A DNA stretch of 64,000 nucleotides from Thermoplasmatota archaeon (GTDB lineage Archaea > Thermoplasmatota > E2 > DHVEG-1 > B18-G2). Below the pieces are notes generated by a model, which saw only the letters and a program-made list of their open reading frames with translations, was not told the origin of the DNA and made no database searches. The position numbers and the translations under genes were made by a program. Of this stretch, positions 31,179 through 41,476 are shown piece after piece. The DNA lies in assembly GCA_029259115.1 (NCBI GenBank), contig JAPDJO010000076.1, positions 1-64,000 of the forward strand, read 5' to 3'. Within the stretch, counting starts at the first letter, position 1. Each line of letters starts with the position of its first letter.

Positions 31179-31970
31179 TCAGAACGCCTTCTCAAATTTT
31201 ATCTTATAATACTCGCACCATCTCTCGAATTCTTTGGAGATATTTTCGTAATACGATTTGTTCTCGAAGAGCCTATACCTGTACACCCTGATCATATCTC
31301 TCGGTAAGTTTCTTTGAAGATTTTCCCACACACCTCTCTTTAAATGCAACGTATCAAATATTATGATATTGGCTCCTGCATCTTTGAAGACCTCTACCAT
31401 ATCCTTCACTTCCTCTATCTCGGTAGTTGGATAAAGAGGACCAACGAATACATATGTCTTTATTCCTTCCTTGGACAATCTTCCTATAGCATCTAATCTC
31501 TTTTCTATAGGCTTTGCTCTTGGCTCAAGGATTTTTCTTTCATCATCTCTTAGTGTTGGGATCGTCAAGCCAACTTCCACATCCTCTATCCTTTTAATGA
31601 TATCTATATCTCTCAAGACCAAATCAGACTTAGTTTGTATATCAACTGGAAAATCATACTTACAGATTTGTTCAAGACAAAGTCTAGTTAGCCTGTATTT
31701 TTCTTCTAGAGGTTGATAAGGATCAGTAACTGTGGATATACCAATGACGCCTTTTTTCTTCCTTCTCAATTCCTTAGATAAAATGGTTGGTATGTTTCTC
31801 CTTATATCAACAAAACTTCCCCATTCTTCTCTAGGAATTGACAAGACATTTGGAACATAACAATAAATACACCCATGCTCGCAGCCTCTGTAAGGATTTA
31901 AGCTATAATCTAGATCTGGAAGATCAGATTTTGATAAAGCAGTTCTACAGTACACCTCTCTAACTATCAT
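31179..31970 (-). CDS. SPL-like radical SAM protein
   Basis: YSLNPYRGCEHGCIYCY, STVTDPYQPLE, QTKSDLVLRDID, LEPRA. Confidence 0.85.
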   Translation of the reverse strand: MIVREVYCRTALSKSDLPDLDYSLNPYRGCEHGCIYCYVPNVLSIPREEWGSFVDIRRNIPTILSKELRRKKKGVIGISTVTDPYQPLEEKYRLTRLCLEQICKYDFPVDIQTKSDLVLRDIDIIKRIEDVEVGLTIPTLRDDERKILEPRAKPIEKRLDAIGRLSKEGIKTYVFVGPLYPTTEIEEVKDMVEVFKDAGANIIIFDTLHLKRGVWENLQRNLPRDMIRVYRYRLFENKSYYENISKEFERWCEYYKIKFEKAF

Positions 31971-31971
31971 A

Positions 31972-33243
31972 TCAAAAATCCTCTAATCTCCTCTGCAACA
32001 TCAAGTCTTTCAAAATCGCGCTATTCTTTATCCATCTTTCAACAGGTATATCCATGAACATCCTAATCTCCTCTAAAACCTCTTTCAGTCTCTCGCATTT
32101 CTTATATTCCTTCTTCAGAGCAGACCTTACCGCTTCTCTGACATTCCACACACCTACCGGCAATATGTATCCTGGATGTGCTTCTCTCAGCACAATCACG
32201 CCAGCCTGGCGCCTTTCTTCATTCAACTTTTCATTCACAGCCAATCTTGCTGCATAGTAGCAACCACCTATCTCAGCATATGTTTTTCTTCCATTGTAAA
32301 ACTCATAGCTGTTAAACATAGCGATTCTACTTCCATAAGGATTCCATGTCGTTTTTGGATACCAAGCCTCAATCAATTCATATCTCCAAGATGTAGGGAG
32401 AAATATTACCATCCATCTGTTATCAAGCTTCTTAAATTTGTAAACCCTGTACTCGTTTATCAGAGGATAGGTCTTCGTATCCCTCATTAACTCTTCTCCT
32501 ATGATAGAATCCACTGCCGTTATGCTCCACCTTGTTGGTACAAACCTTCGATATTTTTTCTCGCCAAATGCACCTACGCTGAAAGCCTTTTGAATCTTCG
32601 ATACCATCACACCATTCTTGTAAAGCTCTAGGACCGCATCTCTTGCTTTGAGATCTACATCATAGAAAGCTTTCTCTAGATGATGATCATACTTTGGATT
32701 AGATATATCCAGATATTTTATTGGAGCAGACGGTCCATGAGGCTGAGCATCATCAAAGAAAGTGATCTTACCATAGGGCTTCTTTTCAAATAACACCTCT
32801 GTATCCACAGGATTTCTAGATAGAGCCAACTCTCTTGTGAATTCTATGACCCTATCACTTTTATCAACATCATAGACATTTACGATATACTTACCTCTTA
32901 CAAGTTGAGATCTGAATTTCACGATATCATCTATTGTTACATCTTGCCATAGCTCTGGAATATCTATATAGGATGTATCTCCTGAAAAAGGAGGAACAAG
33001 AGGACCTATGGCTACCTTTGGATAACCTATTCTTCCAACAAAGACGCCCGGAGGAGATGATCCCTCTATGAAAATATCATCTATCATGGGTTGAACCTTG
33101 CTGTAATGATAGAATCTTACCAAAACAGGGCATCTATCCTTTCCACACAGCATCTTTGTTCCTCTACAAAGTATGCAGAGGTTGAATCTACGCTTATCTG
33201 AAACCTTGAATCTCGTCTGATAAGCCCTACTATTATAATCCAC
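31972..33243 (-). CDS. nreA: Nre family DNA repair protein
   Basis: CILCRG..LCG..RCP, GSSPPGVFVGRIGYPKV, RRFVPTRWSITAVD, GGCYYAARLAV, C-terminal PIP box QRRLEDF. Confidence 0.9.
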   Translation of the reverse strand: MDYNSRAYQTRFKVSDKRRFNLCILCRGTKMLCGKDRCPVLVRFYHYSKVQPMIDDIFIEGSSPPGVFVGRIGYPKVAIGPLVPPFSGDTSYIDIPELWQDVTIDDIVKFRSQLVRGKYIVNVYDVDKSDRVIEFTRELALSRNPVDTEVLFEKKPYGKITFFDDAQPHGPSAPIKYLDISNPKYDHHLEKAFYDVDLKARDAVLELYKNGVMVSKIQKAFSVGAFGEKKYRRFVPTRWSITAVDSIIGEELMRDTKTYPLINEYRVYKFKKLDNRWMVIFLPTSWRYELIEAWYPKTTWNPYGSRIAMFNSYEFYNGRKTYAEIGGCYYAARLAVNEKLNEERRQAGVIVLREAHPGYILPVGVWNVREAVRSALKKEYKKCERLKEVLEEIRMFMDIPVERWIKNSAILKDLMLQRRLEDF

Positions 33244-33450
33244 TGTGAAAACAAAATTATGCAGAAGTAAAAAATCTTTTCTGGAAATAGTTCATTTTAC
33301 AGATGTTACAGCACATACTGGTGAAAGGAGACGCTAAACTTTACTAGAGAATAACAAATTTATTCACGCAGACATAGTCGATATCACCCCGATATTCGCA
33401 CTACACAGACAAGGTTTTAAAAGGTAAGGGGATAATATCAAGGGAAAGAG

Positions 33451-35082
33451 ATGTCAGAGAAATATAGCGGAATATTATCAAGGAAAGAAAAGATAGCCAT
33501 GCTAATTGGACTATTTATTACTGTAATTTCTGTAGGAATTCAGATCTTAATATATACCTTTTCACACAACAATCAAACTCTTACAACTGAAGGTACTGTA
33601 CTCTTTATTACATCATATATAGGCATAGTAGTTGGATTTTTGATGGTTGTTAAAATAGTTGTAGGAAAACACCTCAATAGACTATCCTACATTGTGACAT
33701 CTTTCATGGTGGGTTGTTTTATAGGAGGATTAAGTGTTCTTATAGTGGCAGGATGGTCTAGACCATGGGTCATATACGGAGCATATCTCTATACCATATT
33801 GATATATGCACCGGCTATTCTCGTTACTCTCTCTGTAGTATCTGTTGCTACGTTGAAATTTTCCAATAAGGTATCTTTCATTGTATCCGTTTTTTCTGTA
33901 GTAGTTACCATTATCATATTGACTCTAATTTTAGTCCCTACTCTCTCACCAATTAGAACAGATAGGGAATGTATAACAGCCTTATCATTTTCTACTGATG
34001 GAAATAAGCTTTTATTGACGACAGGGGATTGTTATTCCAAACGTCTTTATATCGAAAAAGACGGGAAAAAGATGTATAGTGGAGTTCTACAGATATGGGA
34101 CATAGAAGAAAGAAAAAAGATACATGAGGAATTTCCAGGTGAGGATATATTATTTGGATATACTCTCTCCCCCTGCGGAAGATACTACGTAGTTGAGAAT
34201 ACCATCTACAATTCTACCACAGGTGAAATAGTCACAGAGATAGAGGGAGAGATATTGGATTGGTCAGAGGATGGTAAATATTTGGTGGCGAAAGATCCAG
34301 AAGTTTATGTATCCTCTTTTGGTTGGACATCGAAGATCCTGTTTCTTCAGATACCAAACTTTTCAATAGCTAAAGAGATAGAAATTCCAGAGATACATCC
34401 TGAAAGAGGTGATAAATTCAAATTATCTCCTGGAGAAAATTTTCTCTCTCTTTGGTATAATGAAGAGAGACAACTGATGGTATTTTCTATAGAAGAAAAT
34501 ACATCACTGTGGAAAAAATCGCTGGGAATAGAAGGTGAAAACTTATGGATACACTGGTCTACCGATGAGAAACTTCTGCAGATCATTAAGAGAAAAGGAA
34601 GTCTAGAAAACACCAGTTATAATGTCATAGTAATCAATGCTACTGATGGAAAAGAGATCCAAAACATCTCTCTATACGACGATCTAATCAAAGACGAAAA
34701 GAAAACTTACTTACTGGGGGCAACCTTTGGTAGGTTGTACTTTTGTACGAGCAAATCATACCTTGAGAAAGGCTTATTTTTCAATAGATGGGTATGTAAA
34801 CGTTACATCCTCATCTATAATCTTACCGGATTGAAACAAATCATTAATATAACCGGTACAGCAACCCGTATCTCTCTCAGCAAAGGACTGATTGCTGTCG
34901 GTTACGATAATGGTATCGTTGATATTTTTAATGAATCAACAGGTAAGTTGATTTTCAGCATAAAAACACCGGTCTATAACTATAAAGTGAGAATACCTGC
35001 ACCTGGTATACCTTTCATAATCATCGTTATCCTATTAGTCTATATCATAAAGAAGAAATGGAGGAGTTATGGCGATGCCTAA
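33451..35082 (+). CDS. Membrane protein with WD40-like beta-propeller and C-terminal PGF-CTERM-like tail
   Basis: About 5 N-terminal TMs; ITALSFSTDG, LQIWDI, LDWSEDGKYL, IAVGYDNGIVDIF; tail PAPGIPFIIIVILLVYIIKKK. Confidence 0.65.
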   Translation: MSEKYSGILSRKEKIAMLIGLFITVISVGIQILIYTFSHNNQTLTTEGTVLFITSYIGIVVGFLMVVKIVVGKHLNRLSYIVTSFMVGCFIGGLSVLIVAGWSRPWVIYGAYLYTILIYAPAILVTLSVVSVATLKFSNKVSFIVSVFSVVVTIIILTLILVPTLSPIRTDRECITALSFSTDGNKLLLTTGDCYSKRLYIEKDGKKMYSGVLQIWDIEERKKIHEEFPGEDILFGYTLSPCGRYYVVENTIYNSTTGEIVTEIEGEILDWSEDGKYLVAKDPEVYVSSFGWTSKILFLQIPNFSIAKEIEIPEIHPERGDKFKLSPGENFLSLWYNEERQLMVFSIEENTSLWKKSLGIEGENLWIHWSTDEKLLQIIKRKGSLENTSYNVIVINATDGKEIQNISLYDDLIKDEKKTYLLGATFGRLYFCTSKSYLEKGLFFNRWVCKRYILIYNLTGLKQIINITGTATRISLSKGLIAVGYDNGIVDIFNESTGKLIFSIKTPVYNYKVRIPAPGIPFIIIVILLVYIIKKKWRSYGDA

Positions 35083-35698
35083 GAGAGATAACAAGATAGA
35101 GTTAGAAGAAATGAGATATGTGACTAGAGGACTGCTGAAGAATTCGTATTATATAATCATAGTTATAGCCGTAGTTTTTCTTATCCCATTGGTATTATCC
35201 TATCTGCAGAGCTTCCTCAGAGATCTAGGTATATCAAAAGATTTTGATCTATATATTTCGATATTACTCTACATCATTGCTGGAGTAATATCTGTAGAGT
35301 GCATAAGAAAGATGATATCAAACTCCCTCAGAGAGGTTCTAGATGATTACAGCATAAGAGGAATAACCTCATTCTTTAGGATAGTGGGTTATGTGATACT
35401 CCTAATAATTATAACCTCAGCGCAGCAGGGGAGCGTTGTGTTTGGCGCTACACTAGGAGGCTTTCTGGGATTACTCTTAGGTATGGCAAGCAAAGAGCTT
35501 ATAGGGAATGCGATATCAGGAATATTCGTGATAATAACGAAACCCTTCAGAATCGGTGATGAAGTAAATGTTGCAGGTGGTGAAGGAAAAGTAGTTGATA
35601 TAAAAATGATGTATACTGTAATAGAGAAAGAGGAACAAAAAATACTTGTTCCAAACTCGAAGATAATTGGTAACGTTATAAAGGTGAAGAGGCAATAA
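35069..35698 (+). CDS. mscS: Small-conductance mechanosensitive channel (MscS family)
   Basis: LGMASKELIGNAISG..KPFRIGDEV..EGKVVDI..YT..VPNS. Confidence 0.85.
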   Translation: MAMPKRDNKIELEEMRYVTRGLLKNSYYIIIVIAVVFLIPLVLSYLQSFLRDLGISKDFDLYISILLYIIAGVISVECIRKMISNSLREVLDDYSIRGITSFFRIVGYVILLIIITSAQQGSVVFGATLGGFLGLLLGMASKELIGNAISGIFVIITKPFRIGDEVNVAGGEGKVVDIKMMYTVIEKEEQKILVPNSKIIGNVIKVKRQ

Positions 35699-35699
35699 G

Positions 35700-37613
35700 A
35701 TGCAGATATCATCATTCGAAGTCCTAGCAATAGTGAGAGAACTTCAAGATCTAGTTGGAGCTTATATTGATAAGATATATCAGATCGGAAAAGACGAAAT
35801 ACTTCTGAGATTGAGAAAGAAAGGAATTGGTAAGATATACCTATTGATAAAAGCTGGAGGATTTCTGCTTAAAACAAGGAAAACATTCGAAACTCCAGAA
35901 AAACCAAGTATGTTTGCTATGATCTTGAGAAAATACTTGGATGATGGTAGAATCTCGAAGATTTATCAGTATGACTTTGATAGGATAGTTGTTATAGAGA
36001 TTGAAAAGAAAGGAGAATTGTATAGGGTAATATCAGAGCTTATACCCAACGGAAATATCGTTCTGGTTGATAATGAATGGAAGATAGTAATGCCAATAAG
36101 AGAGCAGACATGGTCACATAGAACCATTAAACCAAAGGAGTTGTATATCTTTCCACCATCAAAAAACAATCTCATCGAGATGGATGTGGAGAGTTTCTCG
36201 GAGATCATCAAAAAATCAGAGAAGGATCTGGTAAGAACTCTAGCAATAGATCTTGGACTTGGAGGAATATATGCTGAAGAAATTTGTTATCTATCGAATA
36301 TTGACAAGAATAAATCTACCAAAGAACTCACTGATGAAGAGATAAGGGATTTATTCAGATCAATGAGAACCATAATTGATACCATAGACAAAAAGGAGCC
36401 ATCCTCTGAGATAGTCAAGGAAGGTGACAAGATCATAGCTGTAACCCCCATCCATCTTAAGAAATTTGATGGTTATGAGATAACGAGGAAAAATTCGATA
36501 AGCGAAGCTCTCGAGGAGATTATTGATAAACTTGAGGAAATAGAAGGTAAGGATGAGGAGAAGGAAAGGATAGAGAGACAGATAGAACAGCAGAGGAAAG
36601 CGATAGAAGATCTTATGAGACGATCTGAAGAGAAGAAAAGAGAAGGAGATCTACTCTACATTCACATGAAAGAAGTGGACGATATAATAGAGAGATTGAG
36701 GAAAGCCTCAAAAGAGAAAGACAAAGAAAAATCAATCAGGGAAATAGAATCTCTAGATATAGTTGAGAGTGTAGATCTTCATGATGGGATTGTTAGACTC
36801 AGAATAGATGACAAAATCTTTGAGATAGACTTTAGGAAAAGTGCAGCAGAAAATGCAAACCTTGCATACAAATTAAGCAAGAAATTCAAAGAAAAGGCAG
36901 AGAGAGCAAAAGAAGCTTTGAAAGAAAGCGAAAAGAAGCTTAAAGAGAGGAAATTAGAGAAAAAGGAGAAGAAAGAGAGAGAATTCTGGTTCGAGAAATA
37001 CAGATGGTGTATATCTAGCGATGGTAACCTGATAATAGGTGGCAAAGATGCTAAAACAAATGAGAGAATAGTGAAGAAACACATGGAAGAAAGAGACATC
37101 TATGTCCATGCAGATATACATGGAGCACCAAGTTGTATACTTAAGTGTAGAGATATATATGGAAAAGAAAGAGAAATTACAGAAAAATCCATAGAAGAGG
37201 CATGTCAGTTTGCTGGAATTTACTCCAAAGCATGGAAGCAGTTTGGAGAGGTTATGGTTTATTGGGTTTACCCTGATCAAGTGAGTAAAACTCCGGAAAG
37301 TGGAGAGTTTTTACCAAAGGGTGCTTTTGTTATTAGGGGTAAAAGAAACTATGTTAGATGTAGAATGGAGATGGCAATAGGAGAGATTTCTATAGAAGGT
37401 ATAAAGAAAGTCATGGGGGGGCCTGTAGATTCAGTAAAAGCTAGAAGTGATAGATTTGTGGTGATACAACCTGGATATATTAAGAAAGAAAAATTTGCTA
37501 AATTACTCGCAGAAAAACTAGAAGTAACCCCTGATAAAGTATCGAAAGCACTTCCGCCAGGCGACGTGCAAGTTATAGAAGTTAAGGGATTGGACATAGA
37601 GGAATTAAGATGA
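35700..37613 (+). CDS. rqcH: Rqc2/RqcH (NEMF/NFACT) ribosome quality-control protein
   Basis: FAMILRKYL, FDRIV, ELIPNGN, coiled coil, WFEKYRW..GGKDAKTNE, HADIHGA, VSKTPESGEFLPKGAFVIRG. Confidence 0.92.
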   Translation: MQISSFEVLAIVRELQDLVGAYIDKIYQIGKDEILLRLRKKGIGKIYLLIKAGGFLLKTRKTFETPEKPSMFAMILRKYLDDGRISKIYQYDFDRIVVIEIEKKGELYRVISELIPNGNIVLVDNEWKIVMPIREQTWSHRTIKPKELYIFPPSKNNLIEMDVESFSEIIKKSEKDLVRTLAIDLGLGGIYAEEICYLSNIDKNKSTKELTDEEIRDLFRSMRTIIDTIDKKEPSSEIVKEGDKIIAVTPIHLKKFDGYEITRKNSISEALEEIIDKLEEIEGKDEEKERIERQIEQQRKAIEDLMRRSEEKKREGDLLYIHMKEVDDIIERLRKASKEKDKEKSIREIESLDIVESVDLHDGIVRLRIDDKIFEIDFRKSAAENANLAYKLSKKFKEKAERAKEALKESEKKLKERKLEKKEKKEREFWFEKYRWCISSDGNLIIGGKDAKTNERIVKKHMEERDIYVHADIHGAPSCILKCRDIYGKEREITEKSIEEACQFAGIYSKAWKQFGEVMVYWVYPDQVSKTPESGEFLPKGAFVIRGKRNYVRCRMEMAIGEISIEGIKKVMGGPVDSVKARSDRFVVIQPGYIKKEKFAKLLAEKLEVTPDKVSKALPPGDVQVIEVKGLDIEELR

Positions 37614-38653
37614 GATTGGTCTTTAAGGATCTGAAAAAGGGGATTGTTAAATTAATTCCTGAGAACATGGATGATCTGTGGCATCTCTATCATATAATAG
37701 ATAAGGGAGATCTTGTGAAAGCATTAACATTTAGGACTGCTGAGCAGAAAGGAGATAAGATTAGAATAAAGAAGGCTGAAAAGAAGCCGATGGTATTAAC
37801 TATAAGAGTCGAAGACGTTGAATTCCATGACTTCTCAGATAGATTGAGGATACATGGGATAATAGAGGAGGGACCTCAAGATCTGGGATCTCATCATACC
37901 ATAAATCTGAGAGTTGGAGATTACAAAGAAGTAACTATAATCAAAGAAGAGTGGAAACCCTCGCATCTACAAAGGCTTGATGAAGCATTGAAATCTAGGG
38001 GTAAGAATGACATTATTGCTGTATCTTTGGATGATGAAGAAGCATGCATAGCTGTGATAAGGAATAGCGGTATCCAGATAGTTGCGGAAATCGAATCAGG
38101 AAAATCTGGAAAACTTTATGAGAGCAAGGATAGAGAAAAAGATTACTTTGCAAAGATAATAGATGTGATTAGGAACTTGGCAGAGGATTTACCTATACTA
38201 ATATCAGGTCCAGGATTTACAAAGGAAAGATTGGTATCGTATGGCAAAGAAAAGGAGCCAGAGATATTCAAAAGAGTTTTCATTTGCTCTACCGGGAATG
38301 CTGGTTTAAATGGTATATACGAAACAATAAGATCAGGAGCTGTAGATAGAATAGTTAGTAACAACAGGGTTATAAAGGAAACAAAACTCGTTGAAAGATT
38401 TATAGAAGAGTTAGCTAAGGATGGAGCGGTAGCATATGGTAAGGATGAAGTTATAGATGCACTCAACAGGGGAGCAGCATCTCATATACTCATGATAGAT
38501 AACATGGCAAGAACCAAGGAGGGTGAAGAAATTCTGAGTCTAGCAAGAGAGATGAGAAGCGACTTCACCATAATAAATTCAAAAATAGAGGCCGGAAAGA
38601 AACTAGAAGGATTTGGAGGGGTGGTGGCTTTCCTAAGATTTAAAATAGATTAG
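37610..38653 (+). CDS. pelA: mRNA surveillance/ribosome rescue protein pelota
   Basis: PENMDDLWHL, RLRIHG, GSHHT, GPGFTK, AVAYG, GFGGVVAFLRF. Confidence 0.93.
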   Translation: MRLVFKDLKKGIVKLIPENMDDLWHLYHIIDKGDLVKALTFRTAEQKGDKIRIKKAEKKPMVLTIRVEDVEFHDFSDRLRIHGIIEEGPQDLGSHHTINLRVGDYKEVTIIKEEWKPSHLQRLDEALKSRGKNDIIAVSLDDEEACIAVIRNSGIQIVAEIESGKSGKLYESKDREKDYFAKIIDVIRNLAEDLPILISGPGFTKERLVSYGKEKEPEIFKRVFICSTGNAGLNGIYETIRSGAVDRIVSNNRVIKETKLVERFIEELAKDGAVAYGKDEVIDALNRGAASHILMIDNMARTKEGEEILSLAREMRSDFTIINSKIEAGKKLEGFGGVVAFLRFKID

Positions 38654-39396
38654 TGGAAACCTGGGTATGCGAAGATTGGATACATCCTTTCTCTTAGAGA
38701 CATTGCTTTCATCGCTGTCATCTCAGATGTTGAAGAAGATGCCGTCACAGACGATGTTCCAATCTCTGGTTCGTAATAGACATACTCTACTTCTATAGTA
38801 AAGTTATTACCTTTGTCAAGCAACCTCTTGAGGGGTCTGAATATCTTCTCCCCAACCTTTACACTGACATTTACTTTGAATGGTTGATCCTTCCACTTCT
38901 CACTGTAATAATCCTGTAACTTATCCAGAGCCTCGCTGGAGCTGTTAGCTTTGATTTCATCCACGTACGGGACCGGATTTATATTGTCAAAGACGATCTC
39001 TATGGTTCCATTTCCTACGCTTTCCTCGCTCTTTACTGTTCCGTCTGGCGCAGTTACCTCAAAAGTCAGGGTATCTAGACCTTTCTTTCTTAGAAGTCCA
39101 TACGTGTGATCGTCTTCCCATGTCAATATGAATCTGACACTCTTCAAGTTGTATTGAGAGATCGTAACGTTTGCGGAATATGGTATGTCCTTGAAGAGTT
39201 TGTCGTATGCAACCATGTCTGGATTATCTGGCGAAGCGTAGCCTGTTTTTTCTGTCCATGTAACAGCGTATGTCTTCACAGCCTCTGTTCTCTTTTCCTC
39301 TTCTTTTGGTACAGGTCTATATAAAAATATTCCTATTGCCGCTAGAACTATTATCACTACACCGATTATCACAATCAACTTGTCCGTGGACTTCAT
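38650..39396 (-). CDS. Hypothetical membrane-anchored extracellular protein
   Basis: N-terminal anchor close to that of the 6131 peptidase; beta-rich body (LTWEDD, VTAPDG, DKGNNF). Confidence 0.7.
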   Translation of the reverse strand: MKSTDKLIVIIGVVIIVLAAIGIFLYRPVPKEEEKRTEAVKTYAVTWTEKTGYASPDNPDMVAYDKLFKDIPYSANVTISQYNLKSVRFILTWEDDHTYGLLRKKGLDTLTFEVTAPDGTVKSEESVGNGTIEIVFDNINPVPYVDEIKANSSSEALDKLQDYYSEKWKDQPFKVNVSVKVGEKIFRPLKRLLDKGNNFTIEVEYVYYEPEIGTSSVTASSSTSEMTAMKAMSLRERMYPIFAYPGFH

Positions 39397-39729
39397 TTCT
39401 TCACCTTCCTACTATCTATAAGGGTTTTACCCCTTTATTAAATTTTTCTTATTTTTATATTTTTGCAATAATTTGTATACTTCTTGCTTAATAACCTTTT
39501 CTATACGTTTCTAGCCTAATCTCTGAAAGGTCATAGAATGCTGTGAAAACGAGCTTTTAATCCTAGTATATAGAGGATTATCTTAAGTTATAGTCGTCAA
39601 GCATTATGAGAAAGGAGTATCGCTAGAATAATGGCACAGTCTATCCAAAAGTTTTGCTGATTTTTCATTGTACCTCTATTGATATATCATCAAATATGGA
39701 ATGTCGTAATTTGAGGTTTAGCATGATGC

Positions 39730-41406
39730 TCAACGGTCTAGAAAAGTTATCAATTGATTGAACTTAAATAATCGTAAAAAAAATTCTATGATGGAATTTA
39801 TCGAGTGGAGAATCTTCTCTATCCATTTCAGTAAAATAGACTTCTTTATTACTTTCACCTCAACCTTCTCGGACCTAACATATCCTTCCTTTTCCGCATA
39901 CACCTCATATACTCCCTTCTTGGAAATCTTCACCTCCACTGAACCATTCGAGTCAGTGGAGAAGGTGTATGAATCTATATGCACGGTCGCATTCTTGACA
40001 GGATTATTACTTTCATCCTTAACCGTTATCCTGAAAATCTCATTCATTTCCACTTCTTTCTTCTCTACAGATATCTTTAATGCGTGCGCCTCCCAAGTTT
40101 CAGCATATCCCCACAGAACCTCTCTATCATCTTCAGTGAGCCTACACTTATCACAACTCACCATTGGTAGTTCATAATCGACCCAATAGTGCCACCAGTC
40201 AGAATCTCCGTCTATGCTTTTGACGTAGAGAGCATCCCAGCTTGGATAGTAAAGAATTGTACAATCAAATCCGCCTTTCTCTGATGCCTCAACCAACGCC
40301 CCGAGAACGGATGGATAATGAATATGAAATTCCTCTGACTGGTTTGAACTAACATTTATTGCAACAACCGTTGTATCTCTAACGGTTACGATACCTTCCC
40401 ATATGGTTTCATACTTTCCTTCAATCCTTACATATCCCGTCCAAGTTTCAACTGGAGAAGAGTGGTATATCTTCACTGGATAGTACTTTCCTAGGAGAGC
40501 AGGTATCGCATAGGATGTCATCCACTCAGGATTTAGATCTAAAGTTTCATTCCATTTAAAACTACCATCATCATTCTGTAGGCTTAACAGATAATCTACC
40601 GGGCTCTTTCCATTCTTTATCCAATTATTGGGGTTCTCACCAGCGCAGCTTATAGCCATGATAGCCCATGATGTTGTCGCAGAATTTACTGCTCCCCAAG
40701 AGGAGAAACCTCCATTATCTGTCTGTCTCTCTCTTAAAAAATCCAAAGCTTTTTGTATGATGCTTGCACCTCTATCAATTCCACTAGCTAAGAGAGCCAT
40801 GATTGTAGCCGATGTTGAATCCACATCGCTACTTCCATTTATACTAACGCCCCACCCCCCATCTGCATTTTGATGCTCAATGATGTAGTTCCTAACGCTT
40901 CGTACAACAGGATCATCCTTTTCAACCCCACAAGATATTAGAGATATTATACCCCAAACATCATCGTTGAGCAAGCCCCTGATGCCTATCTGCTCACCAT
41001 CATAGAAGCTCTTTATCTTCTCGACAAAATCTACTCCTCCAAAATTCCTTGGATTCTCGTTGCATGCAACTATGGCGAGCGCATGCCTTTCCCAATCCGT
41101 TGCCCTTTCTGGGTCAAGACTTTCTATCGATCTCTCCAGGTAGTCGGGTATGTTTTCCATTTCCGCATTTGCAGAGCATAGGGCCATTGCGGCCCATGCG
41201 GTTGTCAATGGATCTCCTATCTCTCCATTCTCTTTCTGTCTCGATTTCAAGAAATTTATAGCCTTTAGGATCTCTTCGTCCGATGGATTTAACGGGAAGT
41301 GATTTGAGGTGAACACATCTCTTGATGTTGCGGGAGTTGCCGAGATTATGAGGCTAGGGATAATGATTAAGCATACGGAAACCATTGCAAAGAACCATCT
41401 CTTCAT
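39730..41406 (-). CDS. Secreted prenyltransferase/squalene-oxidase-repeat barrel + DUF4430 protein (transcobalamin-like architecture)
   Basis: Start MKRWFFAMV (41406, GGTGA SD); repeats QKENG, QNADGGW, QTDNGGF, QNDDGSF; then SVLGAL..YVKSIDG..WHYWVD..VLWGY. Confidence 0.75.
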   Translation of the reverse strand: MKRWFFAMVSVCLIIIPSLIISATPATSRDVFTSNHFPLNPSDEEILKAINFLKSRQKENGEIGDPLTTAWAAMALCSANAEMENIPDYLERSIESLDPERATDWERHALAIVACNENPRNFGGVDFVEKIKSFYDGEQIGIRGLLNDDVWGIISLISCGVEKDDPVVRSVRNYIIEHQNADGGWGVSINGSSDVDSTSATIMALLASGIDRGASIIQKALDFLRERQTDNGGFSSWGAVNSATTSWAIMAISCAGENPNNWIKNGKSPVDYLLSLQNDDGSFKWNETLDLNPEWMTSYAIPALLGKYYPVKIYHSSPVETWTGYVRIEGKYETIWEGIVTVRDTTVVAINVSSNQSEEFHIHYPSVLGALVEASEKGGFDCTILYYPSWDALYVKSIDGDSDWWHYWVDYELPMVSCDKCRLTEDDREVLWGYAETWEAHALKISVEKKEVEMNEIFRITVKDESNNPVKNATVHIDSYTFSTDSNGSVEVKISKKGVYEVYAEKEGYVRSEKVEVKVIKKSILLKWIEKILHSINSIIEFFLRLFKFNQLITFLDR

Positions 41407-41445
41407 TCTATCACCATCTTTAAGAATAAGAGGGAAAGATTTAAG

Positions 41446-41463
41446 GATAACAAATTTGATAAC
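41446..41463. promoter_or_regulatory. Candidate operator GATAAC-N6-GATAAC in the divergent promoter
   Basis: GATAACAAATTTGATAAC lies right after the TATA-like aaagatttaag; similar boxes at 43118-43145. Confidence 0.45.
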
Positions 41464-41476
41464 GACTGTTGCAGAA

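Noticed and set aside
39490-39730. Possible IS6-like end (ggcacagtctat, about 39633) in an intergenic gap
   Set aside because: Only a short partial match, with no partner repeat or transposase fragment recognised.
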